The notes beneath the pieces were generated by a model. It was not told the DNA's origin and made no database searches. It saw only the letters and a list, made by a program, of their open reading frames with translations. From contig NC_087437.1 in the NCBI RefSeq assembly GCF_036321535.1, positions 51,896,001 through 51,960,000 on the forward strand: DNA of 64,000 nt, read 5' to 3'. This document shows positions 12,348 through 25,763 of this stretch, in pieces. The DNA comes from Camelus dromedarius. Lineage: Eukaryota. The position numbers were made by a program, and so were the translations under genes. The number at the start of each line of letters is the position of its first letter. Position 1 is the stretch's first letter.

Positions 12348-15300
12348 TGTCTGGCATCTTCAGCCCCAGCTCCCCAGGGCCTCCATCTATTCATTCAGCA
12401 AATTTGTGCTGAGCCCCTTGCTGTGGGCCAGGGACCCGAGAGGTGAATAGACTGTAGGAGATTGACATGCAAAGCAAAAATTATAATACAAGTTGATTAG
12501 TGCTATTATAGAGGTAAGCTTAGGGTAAAAAGGAAGCTAAAAAAGAAGGAAGGGGAAGAGGTGTCATTCCAGCTTCTAGGCCAGGAGCCTAAGACTCCTC
12601 AAGGGGTATGGGGTGATGCTTCCCAGGCTATGCATAAGCAACTAATGCTTAACATTCATTTGTCTAGGAGTTTACAGTTTCCTAAAATATTGCATTTGCA
12701 TTTTCTAGTTTATCCAACTGATAGTCTTATGAGGTATCTATAATTGCCCCCATTTTATAGATGAAGACACTGAGGCTCAGAGACACTTAGTGATTTGCTC
12801 TAAGTCAGAGTCTTATAATTGACTCTTATTTGATTAGTACAGTTTCCAAACTACTCCCGCTGGACCAGAAGCCCCTGGGAGGAGGGTGTACAGGGAAGGG
12901 TTGCCGGTGGGACTGACCACCTCTGAAGGGTTGATAAGGTAGGGGTTAGAACAACTCTTTCCTATCCCCCAGGGAGCAGACTCCTCCTCTTCTAGAGCTG
13001 CACTGGTGGGCCTCACAGGGCAAATGCATACTGGAGAGTCCCAGGCCCAGTGACTACGTGACATTCTCATCACACGCAGGGAAATGATGGACACGAGGGA
13101 TGTTTAATTTCCTCTTTGCTGCCCCAGGGCATATAGTTAGCTCTGAGCTTGGGAGCACATGGTGCCCTGAAGGCCCTCTAGATGGGGTCCTTAGAGCCAC
13201 TCCAGGTCGGGGGCACAACTCTGTGAGGAACCTCATCTTCCACACCCCCCACCATGGCCAAGCACAGGCTGAAGGTCCCAGGTCCCTGTTAAATGAAATG
13301 AATAAAAACTCTGGTGCATTTGTTTAAAAACACCAGAATCAAGCAGCTAACAGCAGCAGGGCTCAGCCTAGGCCATATCTGAGAAATCACCCACTGCTGT
13401 CAGCCCTGGAGAGAGACACCTTATGTTCCTGGCCAAAGGGGGATGCGGGTCCATTTAGGCTCCCCTCTCATCCTTGTGACCCAGAGCTAGTTCATCAAGA
13501 GGTCCTGCCTACTCCCTCCCCAGACTGTCTCAACAACCCCACTGCTGCCCCAGGGTCCAGGTCCCATCATCTCTGCTTAGAAATCCAGTGTGTTTCCTAA
13601 CTCTTCTCCCCCCTTCTCCCCACAGCTTTTCTTGCAGGGCAGGACCAGTGTCTCAATCTCACATGCTGGGCTCCCTCACAGTGAGTCTGGGCTCCCAGGA
13701 TATACAGACATCTCATATGGTTGGGAAGCTGTCTTTGGGAAGGGGCTAGAAAGGGCCGAGGGGAAAGAGCAGGGTTGAAGAGAGCCTCAGTGAAGTAAAG
13801 CACGGAGGAGGGCTTGAGTGTGAGAGGATGTATGCAGGACTGACGGGCTGGGCTACCGTGCATGTCGACATTTAGGTGAAAGAGGATGTTCAGACTCCAC
13901 TGGGGCTCAGAGTGACTTGTACCTCCCCCAGGATTCTAGGCCTTTGTGTTTTCTAATGAGCTATAAAATGAAGATCGCAGGAAGCAGAGTGTTCCAAGGA
14001 CAGGATTCAATTAAGAAGGTCCTTTGGACTGAAGACATTGACAAGAGATGGAGAATTTAGATTCAGTGAACCTTCACTGACAGCCTACCATGGACCCAAC
14101 ATTGTGATAGGCACTTGCTCGTATTTAATCCCATTTAATCCTGACCACATTCCTATAAAGTGATGAAACTCAGAGAGGTTAAGTAACTGGCTCAAGGTCA
14201 CAGAGCTGGTAAGTGACAGCAATAAGATTCAAATCGAGGCCTCCTAACTCAACTGTGATTTGTTACAAGAGCATCTTTAGACTTTGCTAGTTTCTGGACA
14301 TGATGTGGAGACTTCCATGAAGGAGTCAAATATTTGGGAAGCCAGACATTCGAGGGAGGGAGTGCCAGGTATTTTTACATAAGCAGATTGCTCCTGCCAT
14401 GCAGTCTGATTTCCCTGCCAGCTCTGTGCTATCCCAGGACACACATTCTCTGCCATGCATTTGGTTTTGTCAGTGCTCTATAGGACTGCATTTCAAGGAC
14501 TCCATCACTCCCCAAGCATACAAATGTCTCTCCTTCATTCTTCCTGTTAAGCAGATTTAAAGAATGAACTAAGAATCTTGGCCACCATTAATTTGACAGC
14601 CTACAATTATTTGCATCCCCCTCCCCCCCTTTTTTTTTTGCTTGAATCATTTTAAAAAGCCCTTATGATTTTTTTTTAATCCCCTTTGGTAGAGCGATTC
14701 CATTCTGTTCTCTCTTAACCTCCTCTCTCCTGAATGTCTCCCACCCCCCACCCTCACCACGGAAAGCTTTAAATAATGCAGCAAATTCTTGTTTCATTTC
14801 CTTTTCTCTGTTTCCAGATGGATTTTTCTCCCCAGAACATCCCTGGGAATCATTTCTGTCAGATGCTTCACTGCATGTCCCTTGGTCTTTGCACTCATCT
14901 ATCCCCGCCCCACCACCTCCCTGAAATTGCATTTTGCTATTTTAATTACAGTTTCTCTTGCCATACTTGAGGGTTTTTCCTATTGCAGTCCTCTACCTTG
15001 CTTAGATTTTAATCCTTTCTTCCAGTGCAGAGAATTCATTAAGATTTCTAGATTCCTCCATGTTGCTTCCCTGATAGTAAATAATTCTTCTTAGTCGATG
15101 TACGATTCTGATTGTTCAGATGCGGAATGAAGTTGCTAAGCAGTAGGGTTGGGGTGCCCCGTGTGAACTAGTGGCCCCATCCAAGTGCAGATTGAATCAC
15201 CACCCTGGAGATGGCATGTCCCTGGGTCTGTCTGGTCACTGCCGTCCTGGGACTGACCGTCTCCTAGACCCAAGGAGTGGCCGGAGGGCAGCTGATCACA

Positions 15301-18236
15301 TGCCTCTGCCTCCTTGGCCAGCTGGTGAGAGCCCCGGGGACGGTCTGTCTTTGGGTTCCAAGAGTTGCTCCTGGCAGGCTGGGCTGGGCTGGCCTTGACC
15401 ACAAACTATCTGGGTCACCTGCAGCTGTTTCCCAGGTGCCTGCTGGGCCTGTGGGCTGAGGCTGCAGCTGGAAATGAATCTGGGCAGGAAGCAACAGGGA
15501 AGTAACCCGTGTGACTAGGAAACTGATGGGACCTCTGTGCGAGGGGTGGACTGGAAAGCAGTTCTCTGATGCATTCCAGGCATAGAAGCTGAGCTACTCA
15601 CCACAGAGAGGAACTACTTGAAAGCTGCCACCCATCCTGTTTGGGCTCACAAGCCTGTCCCTGTTCGGCCCTTCAGGCAGGTATGTAGGTCAGTACTGGT
15701 GAAGGTCATTTACCTGGTGGGGGGGGGGTGTAAACTTCAACTTTGAGCCTGGCTCAGTCGGAAACACTGGGTGCACGAAGGTGACCTAAAAGACCCCGGG
15801 AAAGGGAGATACACCGATAGCTGGGTAACCTAGGTAGGTCACGTTAGCCCCTGAACCTCAGGGCTGATGCAATATGAGGTCCATGAAAGGCCAGTAATGG
15901 GCCACGCTGATATGATTACATTAGTGAGAGCCTGCAAGGGGCATCATTCTCTTGTTTGTTCATTGCTTATCTCATTCTGTAAGGGATTTGAGGCAAGAGA
16001 CCCAACTGGACAATGGAGAAAGGAAAAGTGATGTTCTGATCCTAAAGCATAAGGTCTGAGATTGTCTTCAGTGGGAGCAGAGGAAGTAAATAGGAGGGTG
16101 GTCCCGTAGAGCCAGGTGAGTAGGGAGAATGCAGAGGCGGAGGCCGTGGGGGACGGTGGGCAGGCTGCTCGGGGGAAGTAGAAGGAGCAGGAGGAGTAGA
16201 AGGGCTATGCCTTCCTAGTGAACTTGCCTTCTTGTCCTGGAAGGTTTCTGCATCGGGAACAAGCAGGCACACAACTTCTAAGACACCAAATAAGGTGGCA
16301 GAAAATGAGGTAAATAAATGGTTTGAAAAGTTTACATCATTTTGTGAACATTTCTGACACTGACTAGGTGCACTTTGTAAATGATGCTTTTCTGTACAGA
16401 AGATTTGTTCGTAAGTTTGCCTCTTAGACTTCCTGTAATAGTTCAAGGGCAGGAGCAGTGTCAAGGAGTGGCTTAGAGAGACAGCTTTTCCTCTTCATTG
16501 GCCATTCCCCCAAAAAACACTAAATAAAAATAATGTTTTTTGACATGGGCAGGTGATGTAAATCAACTTATGTATGATGTGAATATAAGCCCCTTTAGAA
16601 AAGTTGCTGTTTTAATTGATCCTAAAAGAATCAGCCGAACGCCCACCATGATGTGGAGACAAGTCCTCAGTTCTTGCTTTTCCAACCAGATTGCTGTTTC
16701 TAAGTCTTTCTAAGCTTAGAGTCCCCACTCCAGGAGTGCTCTACCAGGGCTGGCTAGAAGGATAAGCTCAGAACGGTCTGGAGCCATGAGGAATGAGTTT
16801 GTAGCCCAGGAGTGATTTCAGGTGGTCCAGATGCAGGGAAGGCAGGAGGTACACTTCCTCTGGGGAGAAGGATGTGGTCCATGGTGGAGGTGGGAAAGAG
16901 TCTGACTGTTCAGGGAGATGTAGGGGTTGGTCTGTTGAAAGGGTGGGTATCTGGAAAGGAGAAGAAGGAGGTGAGGTTGGAGAGACAGTGGCCAAGGAGG
17001 CCTTGGGTGCCTGGTGAAGTAGGCAGCTCTGTGTCCTTGAGTGGGACTCTCTAGTGAAGGCTTCCAAGCCCAGGAAAGCTGGGGGGAAACTGGACTTTAG
17101 GAACATGGGTCATATGTAAGATAAACTGAAGGGTGGATGCTGGCCAGGGAGGTCAGTAGGGAGGCTTTGGCACTGAGTCCAGCATGAAAATCAAGGGCCT
17201 GGACTAGTGTGTCTGGTGTAGAAATGAAAGGTTAGAGAATAAGGGAAATGGCAAGACGTGACAATAGGTGGGGACAGCCCGAGAGTGGGAAGACTTGAAA
17301 GTTACGAGGTGAAAAATGCCCCAGAAGCAGGGGACATGGGTACTTTGTATTCCCAGAGGAGACGGCTACTCAGGCGAGTTACTACTGTCCAGCCCTTGCT
17401 ACGGTGTACACAGGAACGGCGGAGCCTTGCAGGCCTCCTCCAGGAAACAGCAGGCCGAGACAGGTAGGGGTTAATGTGGTCTGCAAATAAACCAAAGATT
17501 AATCCTCAACAGTACTTAATGCAGGGTAAAATGTGATAAATTATTCACATCGTACAGCGTAATAAGCAGGTTGAATCTGTGGCACTAGGCCTCTTGAGCT
17601 GTATTTTACACTTAGGTCGTCCTCTTATTCCTCTTATTTAATCATTTTCAGAACACCTGACTTAAATAGGTATTTCAGGCCTCATTTTTTCCCCCTGCAA
17701 AAATAAATGAGGTCATACATTCATCTCATGACATTCTGACATTTACCACACTCTTTTATTAAAATACAGATGATTAGAAAGAAAAGGGCTCAGTAATTAG
17801 GCACGGGAGGGGCTGAGAACACACTTTTCCTAAGGTTATCCCTTCTGGCCTTCGCAGAAGAGGAAGGTCTGTTCTGCAGAGAGCCTTCAGAAAGCTCATT
17901 TGCATATGAGATACTCCCAATTTATGGTTTGTCTGAGGGAATGAAATCTGTCTCTTTCGAGCTGACAGGGATCCTCTTTCCTGTGGAGCGGGGTGTCTGG
18001 GTAGAGGTTCTCAAAGCCCTCCAGGGTGTCTGTAAAATGTATTATCATGAATGGGGCTTCTTAGCCAAGAGCCTCCCACGCTTGGGCAGCCGTTCAATGG
18101 CTCCAGTCTCTGGCAGCTAACTGCCCTGAACAACTGCCCTGAACAATGGGGAGTTTGCCTTACTTTCCTCAGGCAGTCTCCCCACAAAGGGCACAGATCC
18201 CTGTGCGGAGAAGGTTCTTGGGGAGGAACCATTTCT

Positions 18237-18370
18237 TTTTTTCCTAATTAACTTTTTGGTGGGGGTGGTAATTAGGTTATTGATTTGGATGGAGCTAGTG
18301 GGGATTGAACCCAGGACCTTGTGCATGAGCTAAGCGCATACTCTACCACTGAGCTATGCCCTCCCCACCT
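18237..18370 (-). mobile_element. tRNA-derived SINE (camelid vic-1-like)
   Basis: GGGATTGAACCCAGGACC (reverse B box) and CCACTGAGCTA (reverse A box), GGTAATTAGGTT tail, degenerate TSD GGGAGG(A/G)ACCATTTCT on both sides. Confidence 0.88.
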
Positions 18371-21300
18371 TTGGGAGGGACCATTTCTATTGTAGCTCTG
18401 CTGTCTGTGGAACTTAATGTCAGTGGGGAAGTGCTAGAAACCCCCTGAAGAGGAGGATAAACTAAGGCATCCCTGAGAAAGAGGAAGAGAGCAGGAAAAG
18501 TAGAGAGCCAGCTGGGAGGTGGTGGATTAAAGAATCAAGCCCATGAGAAGAAACGGCCCCTAGAGAAAGGCAAGCCTAAGTGGAAAGTCACGTGGGCAGG
18601 GAACAGCCAGGGCTGAGGATGAAGTTTTGGGAGAGAGAATTATTAGGGTTCTCAGAAGGAAAAAAGAGCCAGAAAGGAGGGACATGGGAAGAGGTCAACT
18701 GGAGACAGAGCTCCAGGAAGAGTGTGGGAGGCAGCCTCCATCCCCAGCCATTCTGATGAACCGAGCTAAGGGTAATTTAACTGAGTTGTCATCTGTTCTT
18801 ATCCCAAATCTTCTCCTTTCTGCATAAAGCAGGACACAGACACACACATATATGTAGTTTCCGACTTCTTTATTGCATTACTGTCTGTGAAGTGCTTGGC
18901 AAATTCAAACTGCTCACTTCCTTCCCCAGCCAGTGATGTTCTGGGTATGTCCCTTTTCTTCATGTCAACAGCCAGACCGAGCAGCGTGTTTTTGATGTTT
19001 AATTAGAAATAGGAGACAGATGGGGACTAATAGTGTCTGCAAATGCTAACAAAGTGGTGGGCTCTTTTGTGTCTCAAAATTGGGGTTTCGGTGCCCTGGG
19101 CAGCCCATTCAGCAGATCCAGCAAGATGTGACAGTGGTCCTGACCAGGACAGCTTCTGAGGGAGGGGCTGGCACACACTGGAGGGGCCAGGGCACAGTAC
19201 TGGGAGCCTTCTCTTGCAAAAGGAAGAACTGTGGGCAAAGGTTTAGAAAGTAAGTTTCTTTTGGATAGTCAGCCATGACTACGGAAATTCCACATTAGGT
19301 TGCAGGGTTGGGGGTGCACGGTGGAGGGCAGTGAGAGGGCAGTGATTCACAAGTACTACATCATATAAAAAATCAGAGAGAAAGAGAGAGATGCAGCCTA
19401 CATTTCCCAATGGCTGTGAAAACCTGAGAACACTCTGATTGATCTTTACTATCAAGATAAGAGGCACCTGGTGTTCAACGGCAGTGAGTACCCAGAAGTG
19501 AGAATGACTGAAGGAAGTCTTCTGGGAGGCTGGCAGACAAGCCCAGAGCTCAGGAAGTATCAAGCTGCAGGGGCGTGTAGCTGCCTGTGTTCCCTGAGCT
19601 CCAGTCTTGCCTGCCAGCCTCCCAAAAGACTTGGACCCTCCACAGCCCTGCTTCCGGCTTCCTAAACAAGCTCATCAGAGCTTCCCTATTAGTGCTACGT
19701 CGCAGTGGATGGTGAGCTGGATGTCAGCACCAAGCTCTGGAATGTTGCCTGAGCACCATAAGCATGGAAGGGAGACCCCCTGCCCAGGGTCCCCTGGACA
19801 AAACAGTGCTGAGGCAGCCAGCGGTAGCATGGAAGCCAGAGACAGGGCATTAGCCACGAAGGCAGAGGGGCTGCCAGGCCACCTTGGAACACGAATTGCA
19901 GCAGAGACATGAATTGGAAGAAAAGAGTTTGCAGTGTATTCCCTCTTGGTGCAGCCCTCCTGAATGTCTGTCTTAAGGTTGGTCTTTATTTCATCTGGTC
20001 AATTAAATGAAAGCAATATTTACTGAGCCCACATTTAACAACTGGCCCTCAAAGAGCCCCCAGTCCAGTGAGTCCAATCTAAGGGATAGACGAATGAACC
20101 AGTTATCTCACACTGAGACAAGTGCATGACAGACATTGAACAAGGTGCAGAAATAGCATCGAAGAGGGAAGAGGTGATTTACTTGAGGGATAAATAATTA
20201 AAAACCAGCAAACATTTATTAGGTGTTTACCATGTTCCAGACACATTGCTAGAGCGTTTTCTCAATTAACTGCTTTAATGATTAGAAACACCCAATAAGG
20301 TAGCCTCTGCTATTATTCTCATTTTAAGAGGAAACAGAGGCAGGAAGGGTCATAAAAAGTGACCTAAATTTACATAACTAGTAAGTGGGAGGGCAGAATT
20401 TGATGCCACTACATCCAACTGACTTTCTAAGAGAGTAAATGATAGAAGTGTTCACCTGGGAGAGGAGGTGGAGGAAATCGTTGCAGGCAGAGGGAAGCAC
20501 GTCTGCAAAGCACAAAACGTAATAAGATCACGTGGCACGTCCTGGGGACTATGCTCAGTTTTATAGGAGGAAAAAGTGCAAGAGCAGGAAGGAATGGAAT
20601 GTGAGGCTGGAGGGGCAGGCATGTCAGATGTGGGGTCTGATAGCTTAAACGTCACCTCCTCGTCACGGGAGACCCTTAAAGTGTCCTCAGGGGGAGAGTC
20701 ATAGAGTCAGATTTACTTTTAAGAAAGACCACTCTGGCTGCAGGATGAACTAGGGTGATGGCAGTGGGGAAAGAGTCGGGAGGCTGAAATGAGAATGAAC
20801 AAATGAGATGAAGGGGGACTGAACTAAGGCAGTGAAAGGGGGCATCTTTTTAAAAGATATTTAGGAGGTGGATTGAATGAGGGGACTAAAGGAGTGAAAG
20901 ATGGTGAGGGTTAGTCCCAGGTTTCTGGCTTGGGGACTTCCATGGCCACCAGTTGGGTTAGAAAGAGCAAGTTCATGGGAGGGTGAAGATAGGGACCCAA
21001 TGAGTTCAATTTTGAATACGCTGCTTTGGGGGTGCCTGAGGGACTTCCAGGGACGTAGAGGGCAGCAGGCAGTTGGATACACGGATCTGGATGGCTGTTG
21101 GCCACAGTTCCATCTTCTCTGCCCCATCCGGCAGACACTTCCTCACGGGGAGCAAATGACAGGAAACATGAGACAATGGAATCTGGAGTTGGCAGGGCTG
21201 AGTGTGATTAATGCAGAAGAAACGAAATCAGTATTGGATGGCAACAAACCCAGACTGTTAGACATAGCAGAAAGTGAGCAAAGGGGGCGGGATAGAGGTG

Positions 21301-21888
21301 GTAATGAATGCTCAGAATATTCACTCCACTAGGCAATGGCAATCCTTAAGTGATATGAAGAGTTCAATGAAGGCACGACTGTCTTTTATTTTTAGTGTCA
21401 ACTTTTAATTCAATACAATGACATTTGTTGAGTAGTCATCACAGTCATTGATTCAATATTTATTCAACACCTACTGTGTGCCCCACACCTTTATAGGAAC
21501 TGGGGTTATAGTAGTGAGGAAAACAGACAAAAATCCCTGCCTTATGGAGCTTCCCTTCTGGTGAGGGAGAATGGAGAGACAAATGATAAATAAAAAAAGA
21601 AATGAAATCTATAACATTTGGGTATCAACTAACTTGTACAGCATCTTCATGCAGATTAGGAGAAGGCCCCTCCTCTGGGCTGAGGTGAGCCAGAGCCGGT
21701 GTACTGCTTGGCAAGCAGAGCCCGGGTCAGCTCCTGCTCCTTCAACTAGGCACCCAATGGCACAACTTTAACAGCAGCCCTAGAAAGAATGCCAAATGAA
21801 TGCTGGAGAAAAGTAATACAAGATAGGGGAGACACGTGGTAAACGGGAAGGGGTATTGCAATTAAAAGCATAAGAAAGCCGGTGTGTT

Positions 21889-21965
21889 GGGGGTGGGTAT
21901 AGCTCAGTGCCAGAATGCATGAATGATGTCCTGGATTCAATCTCCAGTACCTCAATTAAAAAATA
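21889..21965 (+). mobile_element. tRNA-derived SINE, short/degenerate copy
   Basis: GGGTATAGCTCAGTG (A box), CCTGGATTCAATCTCCAGTACC (B box), A tail. Confidence 0.8.
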
Positions 21966-22019
21966 TAAAGAGATATACTTAAAAATGTTGAAAATGTCTA
22001 AATTATGAAAAAAAATTTT

Positions 22020-22858
22020 TAACTTTTTTTATTGATTTATAATCATTTTACAATGTTGTGTCAAATTCCAGTGTAGAGCACAATTTTTCAGTTATACATG
22101 AACATGTATATATTCATTGTCACATTTTTTTCTCTGTGAGTTACCATAAGATATTGTATATATTTCCCTGTGCTATATAGTATAGTCTTGTTTATCTATT
22201 CTACAATTTTGAAATCCCAGTCTATCTCTTCCCACCCCCCACCCCCTTGGCAATCACAAGTTTATATTCTATGTCTGTGAATCTATTTCTGTTTTGTATT
22301 TATGCTTTGTTTGTTTGGTTTTTCCACATATGAGCGATCTCATATGGTATTTTTCTTTCTCTTTCTGGCTTACTTCACTTAGAATGACATTCTCCAGGAG
22401 CATCCATGTTGCTGCAAATGGCGTTATGTTGTCAGTTTTTATGGCAGAGTAGTATTCCATTGTATAAATATACCACATCTTCTTTATCCAGTCATCTGTT
22501 GATGGACATTTAGGTTGTTTCCATGTCTTGGCTATTGTAAATAGTGCTGCTATGAACATTGGGGTGCAGGTGTCATCCTGAAGTAGGGTTCCTTCTGGAT
22601 ATATGTCCAGAAGTGGGATTCCTGGGTCATATGTAAGTCTATTCCTAGTCTTTTGAGGAATCTCCATACAGTTTTCCACAGTGGCTGCACCAAACTGCAT
22701 TCCCACCAGCAGTGTAGGACGGTTCCCTTTTCTCCACAGCCTCTCCAGCATTTGTCATTTGTGGATTTTTGAATGATGGCCATTCTGACTGGTGTGAGGT
22801 GATACCTCATTGTAGTTTTGATTTGCATTTCTCTGATAATTAGTGATATTGAGCATTT
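22020..22858 (-). mobile_element. Young 5'-truncated L1 (lineage-type 3'UTR)
   Basis: Minus-strand ORFs give L1 ORF2 C-terminal peptides ([12 protein letters not shown]...[32 protein letters not shown]). TSD about TGAAAAAAA(A)TTT at 22006 and 22859. Confidence 0.95.
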
Positions 22859-22879
22859 TGAAAAAAATTTCTTTTAAAG

Positions 22880-23480
22880 AAAACCTCAGTGAAGAAAAGA
22901 TATTTGAAGAAATACTTGAAGGGGATGAGTGGTCCAGCTGTGTGGTTCTCCAGGGGAAGCGCATTCCTAGGCAGAGGGAACAGACAGTGCAAAGGCTTGA
23001 GACAGGAGCCTGCCTGGCATATCCAAGGAACAGTCAGGGGGCCAGTGTGGCTGGAGCAGGGAGAACAAGGGAGGAAGGGAGAGCAGGGGATGGATCAGAA
23101 AGGCAGCTGGAGGCCAGACGTGGCGAGGATTTTGGCTTTCACTCAGAGTGCCAGGGGAAGCCTTTGAAGGATTCAAGCAGGGGAGAGGCATGACTTGACT
23201 TACTTTTTAATGAGCTCCATCTGGGTTGAAAATATAGTACAGGAGGGAAGAGTGGAAGCAGGGGACCACTGAAGAAGCTACCACCATGAGGGAGGTGGGA
23301 TGTGATGGCAGCTCAGACTAAGGAGGCAACAAGGGAGGCGAGGAGAAGTGGTCCAAGTCCAGATATATTTTGTGAAGCCAACAGAATTTGCTGATGGATT
23401 TGGATATGGGTTGGGAGCACAGAATGACTCTAAGGTTTCTGACCTGAGCAGTAGAGGAACAGATTGCCACTTATTGAGAA
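22880..23480. mobile_element. L2 fragment
   Basis: GCATTCCTAGGCAGAGGGAACAGACAGTGCAAAGGC...GGCCAGTGTGGCTGGAGCAG...AGAATTTGCTGATGGATTTGGAT are typical L2 phrases. Similar fragments lie near 20440-21100, 21440-21610, 34510-35160, 43830-44110 and 52700-53130. Confidence 0.75.
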
Positions 23481-25710
23481 AGCAGCGGCTGCAGGAGGCA
23501 ACATGATTGGGCATATTGTCAACATTTTAATTGGAGCACTGATGTGACTGTGCAAAACAGCCCTCCCCTGTAATAGGCGCTGACCCTTTTAATGACCCCA
23601 AATTACAGAGGACAAAGCCCAGAGCCAAAATAACTCACTTGAATCTTGCCCTGCTAATAAGTGACAGGACTAGGATTCAAACGGATCTGTGTGACTCCAA
23701 CACCCATGCTCTTTGCCCCACACCACATTATCTCAGAGAATTCCTTCCCCACTGAGGACCAGGCAGAAACTAGACTGCGAGCTGCATGGGAGCCGTGACT
23801 GTCTCTCTCTCTCACTTCTGTACCCGCAGCATGGGGATTTGGTTGGAGGGACTCATAAACAACACTCCTCTTAACTCATGCATAGTCGTGCAGATAGGAA
23901 AACCAGCTTTCTCTTTGATAAGCTTGGAATGGAAGATGAGGCTTGAGTGGGTGGCCACAGTGTTACCTTCCTGATGTTACCCTCCCTATGCCCCCTCACC
24001 CCCCAGCTCTTCTGGGCACCTTCACCTGGAAGAGGTGTCCTGCAGGCAGACCTGCTCCAAGAAAGAGAAAAGGGAAGGAAGGAGCTAGGCTTGGCACGCT
24101 CAAGTCTTTCTTTCATACTCGTTGTCAGATACATCACTCCTCCCACTAGAGCATGGAAACGAAGGTACTTTGTCCCCCAACCCCAAACCTGGGACATAAC
24201 ACGATAGGTGCTCACCAAGTGTTTTCTTTCTTTCTTTTTTTAATGACTAAAATACAAACAAGCACTTACTTGCAAAGACTATAGAAGGCACTTTGCATAG
24301 ACATTTCCTCCTCACTGTATTCCTATGAGGTAGGCACTATTTTAATTTCCATTTTACAAATGAGAAAATGGAGGTGTTGAAAGGTTAAGTACTTGACCTA
24401 AAGTGGAGCCAGGATTTAAACCAGGCAGTTTTTCCCAAAGTGAGACCTCAGAAAATGAGCCCATGTACTCCCCTCATGTGCTGGTGAAGACCCCACGTGC
24501 TGGGGGTGTTAGACGCACTGTTAGACGTTAGTAGGAAGTGCATCAGGAGCCAAATGAGTGAGCGGTTAATTCTGCCTGGGGTTGGGGTGGAGGGCAGAGG
24601 CAGTCATGAACAGTGATAGAAAGGTGATAGTTGACATGGACCTTGAAAGACAACAAGGAATTTGTCCCAGGGATGACATTAGGGGAAGGAGGAAATGACA
24701 TTCTAGGTGAAGGGACCAGCTTGGGCAAAGATCCTGAGGCTTGAACAATGTGTAGTGTGTTTGGGAAGTAATGTGTGGAACAGATTGCTCAAAATAGAGA
24801 GCACAAAATGGCAGCTCACTCTCCAAATTCAACCTGAAGACACAAGTGTAGTATGTACTCATGAACTGTATAATACAAACATCTTTTTTTTTGATTGTCC
24901 CAGCATTTAAAAATTGAGAGATTTCGCATAAAACTCTGGACTTTTAGCTTTTCTTGAAAAACCATAAGATAACCCTAAGTCACCCATGAAGGGCCTGATG
25001 TGCCATGCCAGGACTTTAAATTTTATCCTGAAAGCATGAGGAGTCTTTGAAGGTTATTACACAGAAGAGCACATGAGTACAAAAGACAGGGGGATGGGAG
25101 AGAGATGGAGGCAGTGCTGAAACGATCAGGCACGAGGCTGTCCAGGGACCCTCTGGAGAAGCCCTCTTCTGGCTGAAGTAGTAGTTGTCCCAGGAGGGTC
25201 ACTGTTGAGGCCCCTGGACTTGAAGTCACAGGGCTTGAGTTTAAAAAAGAAGGTTGTCTTTCTGTCAAACATGGTTACCCTCACCTCTCCAGTAAGTCCT
25301 GCCTGTTTAGTAAAGATGAAGGAAACAAGCACAAACCTGGGGCCAAGTCCCACCTTTGCCATTTGCTCCCTGCATCTCTCTGAGCCTCAGTTTCCTCAGC
25401 TGTAAAACAGGAATAACATTAGCTAATTTGCAGAGCAGTTCTGGCATTGGATGAAAGAAGGTGTTTGAATGTGTTTGCAGCCGGTCAGGGCCCCAGGGAG
25501 AGTAGAGGACTACTGGGATTGATCTTATAGGAAGACCCCACGCTGGGGCTTGGCTCTGGGAAGCCAGACATCTAGAGGTGGCACAGACCCCCAAATATCT
25601 GGGGTTTCTGTTGTCCTGGGGCTTTTACCAGTGACAGGCCATATCAAGCTGCACGAACAAGAACGTATGCATAAAGACATACATCACCTGCCTCTCCTTG
25701 CCCCTCAACA

Positions 25711-25711
<1 letters not shown>

Positions 25712-25761
<50 letters not shown>
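25712..25761. repeat. (AC)25 microsatellite
   Basis: Perfect dinucleotide run read directly. Confidence 0.98.

Positions 25762-25763
<2 letters not shown>

Noticed and set aside
21889..21965. Possible tRNA gene (A and B boxes)
   Set aside because: No complete cloverleaf; it has an A tail and matches the SINE copies elsewhere in the window.
22269..22828. ORFs with L1 ORF2 C-terminal similarity as an active gene
   Set aside because: Frameshifted, 5'-truncated L1 lacking EN/RT domains and a promoter.
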